Positions 60,420 through 64,000 of a DNA stretch of 64,000 bases are shown one piece after another (position 1 is the stretch's first letter; every line of letters begins with the position of its first letter). Under the pieces are notes generated by a model. That model saw only the letters and a program-made list of their open reading frames with translations, did no database searches and was not told the DNA's origin. The stretch covers positions 1,426,001 through 1,490,000 of the forward strand of contig NC_086109.1 in NCBI RefSeq assembly GCF_963921235.1, in the 5' to 3' direction. Both the position numbers and the translations under genes were made by a program. This DNA is from Mobula hypostoma (lineage: Eukaryota).

Positions 60420-62780
60420 CCCAACAAAGAGCCAGATTATGGAACTCACTATCCAAGAGATGCCAAGGCACAAATCCTGGCCAGTCTTGCAAGATGGAAG
60501 AGGACAGTAGCAGGTATAACAGTAGAGCAGCAATGGCTTAGAGTTTCTGAGAACCCTAGATGCATCTCAATGTACAAGCAGCATTCCATGGGGGGGGGGG
60601 GGGGGGTGAGCATGGCTGACCAGGGAAGTCAAAGTCAGCATAAAGGCAAAAGAGGGCATAGAATTTTACAAAAAATAACAGGAAGACAGAGGATTAAAGA
60701 CTTTAAAAAGTGACAGAAACAACCAAAGCAAAAATGGAAAAAAAAATTAAGTCAAAAGGCAAATTAGCCAAATATTATACAAGAGGATACCCAAGGTGTT
60801 TTTTTTAAAAAAAAAGATATATAGAGTCAAGGAAAATGATGCTGTAGAAGATGTAAAGAGGAACAAAGAAATGGTGAAAAACTGAATAAATAATAAGACC
60901 ATAAGACATGGGGGCAGAATTAGGCCATTTAGCCCTTCACTCCATTCCACCCCGCTCCGTCATTACATCATCGGATCAATCCCAGATCTCATTCAACCCC
61001 ATACATACATCTGCTCTCTAAACATATCTCTTGATGTCCCTTAATCTATCAACTTCGCTTTGAATATACCCACGGACTTGGCCTCAACCATTGTCTGTGA
61101 CAGAGCATTCCACAGATTCACCACTCTTTGGCGACAAAACTTCCTCCTTACTTCTGTTATAAAAGGTCACTCCTCAATTTTGAAGCTGTGTCCTTTAGTA
61201 CAGGATAACCCCACCAGAGGAAACATTCTCTCCACATTCACCTTATCTAGTTCTTTCAATATTCAGTAGTTTTCAATGAGGTCCCTATGCGTTCTTCTAA
61301 ATTCCAGTGAGCACAGGCCCAAAGATGCCAGACGCTTCTCATTTGTAAGCCCCTTCATTCTCAGAAACATCCTCCTGAATCTCCTCTAGATTCTCACCAA
61401 TGACAACACAATCTTTTCAGAGATAAGGAGCCCAAAACTGTTGAAAATACTCCAAGAATGGCCTGGTGACTATCTTAAAGCTTCAGCATTATCTCCTTGT
61501 TTTTACATTCTACTCCCCTTGAAATAAATGCCAACATTGCATTTGCCTTCTTTACCACAGACTCAACCTGTGAAATAACCTTCTGGGAGCTCTGTACGAG
61601 GACTCACAGGTCCCTACTATGCATAAGTCTTCACTGTGAAAGTCACCAGCTATATGCCATAAATTTGAGTCAGTGGGAGAAAGGGAGGCGAAAGTGAGTG
61701 CGGTTGCTATCACAAAGGAGAAGGCACTTGGGAAGCTGAAAGGTCTAAAGGTGGATAAGTCATCTGAACCTGATGGACTACACCCCAAGGTTCTGAAAGG
61801 TGACTGAAGAGATTGTGGAGGCATTCATAATAATCATTCAAGAATTGCTCGAGTCAGGAATGGTTCTGGGGGACTAGAAAATTACAAATATAATTCCACT
61901 CTTTGAGAAAGGATTGAGGCAAAATACAAGAAATCATAGATCAGTTAGCCTGACTTAACTGATTGGTGAAGTTTTAGAGTCCATTGTTGAGGATGAAGTT
62001 TTGGGGAACACGTGATAAAATAGGCTGAAATCCACATTGTTTCCTTAAAGGGAAATCTTGTCTCACAAATCTGTTGGAATTCTTTGAGGAATTAACAGGC
62101 AGGAGAGAAAAGGAGATTCAGTGGATGTTGACGAAAAGATCTGCAGATGCTGGAGGAGCTCAACGGTTCAGGCAGCACTTGTGGAAAAGAGTAAACAGTT
62201 GCTGTTCTGGGCTGAGACCCTTCATCAGGAGGACTGTTTATTCTTTTCCATAGATGTCGCCTGGCCCGCTGAGTTCCTCTAGCATTTTGTGTGTGCTGTT
62301 CAGTGGATTTTGTTTGATTGGATTTTCAGAAGGCCTTTATCAAGGTGCCACATACACGAGACTGCAAAACAAGATAGAAACCACAGTATTACAGGAATGA
62401 TACTAGCATGGATAGAAAGGTTAACTGGCAGAAGGCAAAAAGGGAAAAAGGTGCCCTTTTCTGTTTGGCTGCCTGAGACTAGTGATGTTCCAGAGATGTC
62501 AGTATTGAGCCCACTTTTTATGCTCTCTGTCAATGATTAGGATGATGGAATTGATGGCCTGTGGCTAAGTTTGCAGATGACACAAAGATAGGTGGAGGGG
62601 CAGGTAGTGCGGAGGAAGTAGACTCCCTATAGAAATTATGTGAATGGTCAAAGAAGTGGCAGGTGGTTTACAGTGTAAGGAAGTATATGGTCATGCACTT
62701 TGAGTAAAGGCATAGTCAAAGAAAACAGCTCCAAGACCTGGGCCTCCATACCCACTGCTGCAACTGAATCCTTGACTTAA
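60420..62780. mobile_element. Mixed degenerate CR1 fragments (both strands) with a PLE fragment at about 62130-62300
   Basis: CR1-like RT remnants with many stops; ctgagacccttcatcagga antisense PLE motif. Confidence 0.7.
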
Positions 62781-63700
62781 TCACTAGTAGTTCGCTGTCC
62801 TTGTGGATTAGAAATCACATCTCCAATGATGGCAATCAACATTAGTGCACCTGAAGCATGTGTTCTTAACCCACAATCTCTATACTCACAACTGTGTGTC
62901 TAGGCACAGCTTAAATGCCATCTATAAATTTGTTGGTGACGATTATTGTTTGCAGAATTTCAGCTGGTGGCAAGAACGTATACAGGAGTGAGATAGATCA
63001 GCTGGTTAAGTAGTAACACAGCAACAACCTTGCACTCCACATTGGTAAGACCAAGGAACTGATTGCAGACATCAGGAGGAGTAAGTCGAGGGAAAACACA
63101 ACAGTGCTCATCGGGGTTCAGAAATGGAAGGGGTGAGCAGTTTGAATTTCCCGAGGATCCATCCTGTGCTCAACATATTGATGCAATTATAAACTAGGAA
63201 CAACAGTGGCTGTATTTAATTAGGAGTTTCAGGAGAATTGGTATGCCCCACCACCAAAGACACTCCCATATTTCTACAGATATACTGTGGAGGGCATTCT
63301 AACTGATTGCATCACCATCTGGTACAGAGGGGCAACTGGAGAGGATCGAAGAGAGTTGCAGGAAGCTGTAAACTCAGCCAGCTCCATCATGAGCACCGGC
63401 CTCCTCAGCATCCAGGACATCTCCAAAAGGTGATGCTTCTAAAACAATTAATGACTTCCATTACTCAGGACATGCCCTCTTCTCATTGCTACCATCGAGG
63501 TGGTACAGGAGTCTGAAGACACACATCCAACCTTTCAGGAACAGCTTTTACCCCCTCCACCATCACGTTTCTGATGACAATGAACCCACGAACACCTCTT
63601 TCGTACTCTCTCCCCCTTTTTGCACTACTTAATTTTTAAAAAAATATATACGTATTGTAATTTATAGCTTTATTGAGTATCACAATGTACTGTTACACAA
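62780..63700 (+). mobile_element. Degenerate Rex-like fragment
   Basis: gcacctgaagcatgtgttctt, aagaccaaggaactgatt and caggaacagcttttacccctcc resemble Rex RT and its 3' end. Confidence 0.65.
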
Positions 63701-64000
63701 AACATGCTGGTGATATTAAACTTGAGTCTATTTTCTAAACCGAAAGGAAATTCAGAAATTGGAGTTGCAAAAGGACTTAGGAGCCCTTGTGCAGGATTCT
63801 CTAAAGGTTAAATTGCACGAGCCAGTGTTAAGGAAGGAAACTGCAACACGAGCATTTATTTTCAGGACTTGAAAATAAAAGGAACGATGCTATGCTGACA
63901 CTTTCTAAGGCATTGGTCACACTATATTTGTAGTATTGTGAATCCATTTAGGACCTACCCAAAGGCTTGACAAGAAGCTCAGAAACCTCGGCCTGCATGC

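Overview
Repeat-dense vertebrate genomic DNA, most likely from a cartilaginous fish (probably a ray; inferred from the CR1, V-SINE and Penelope repertoire and an FcR-gamma-family gene). Most of the window is nested, largely decayed transposons: CR1 LINEs, Rex1/Babar-like and RTE LINE fragments, Penelope-like elements (PLEs), one fragmented Helitron, two hAT fossils, solo LTRs and V-SINEs. Host content I can support: five coding exons of a minus-strand FCER1G/CD247-family adaptor (45138-53278; signal-peptide exon not found), a probable last exon of a plus-strand GPI-anchored or tail-anchored protein (12865-13064), and an unexplained CpG-rich unique block (about 19.9-22.5 kb). Main highlights: (1) all four CR1 ORF1/ORF2 junctions carry a T_TTA_AAC slippery heptamer directly before the ORF1 stop, with an AUG-less ORF2 in the -1 frame, pointing to programmed -1 frameshifting; (2) the FcR-gamma-like chain has two ITAMs, and the mammalian layout equals this gene minus one 75-nt exon; (3) ORF1 and ORF2 similarities between CR1 copies are discordant; (4) PLE ends carry minimal hammerhead ribozyme motifs. 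All alignments were done by eye, and TE boundaries are approximate unless a TSD or terminal motif is quoted.
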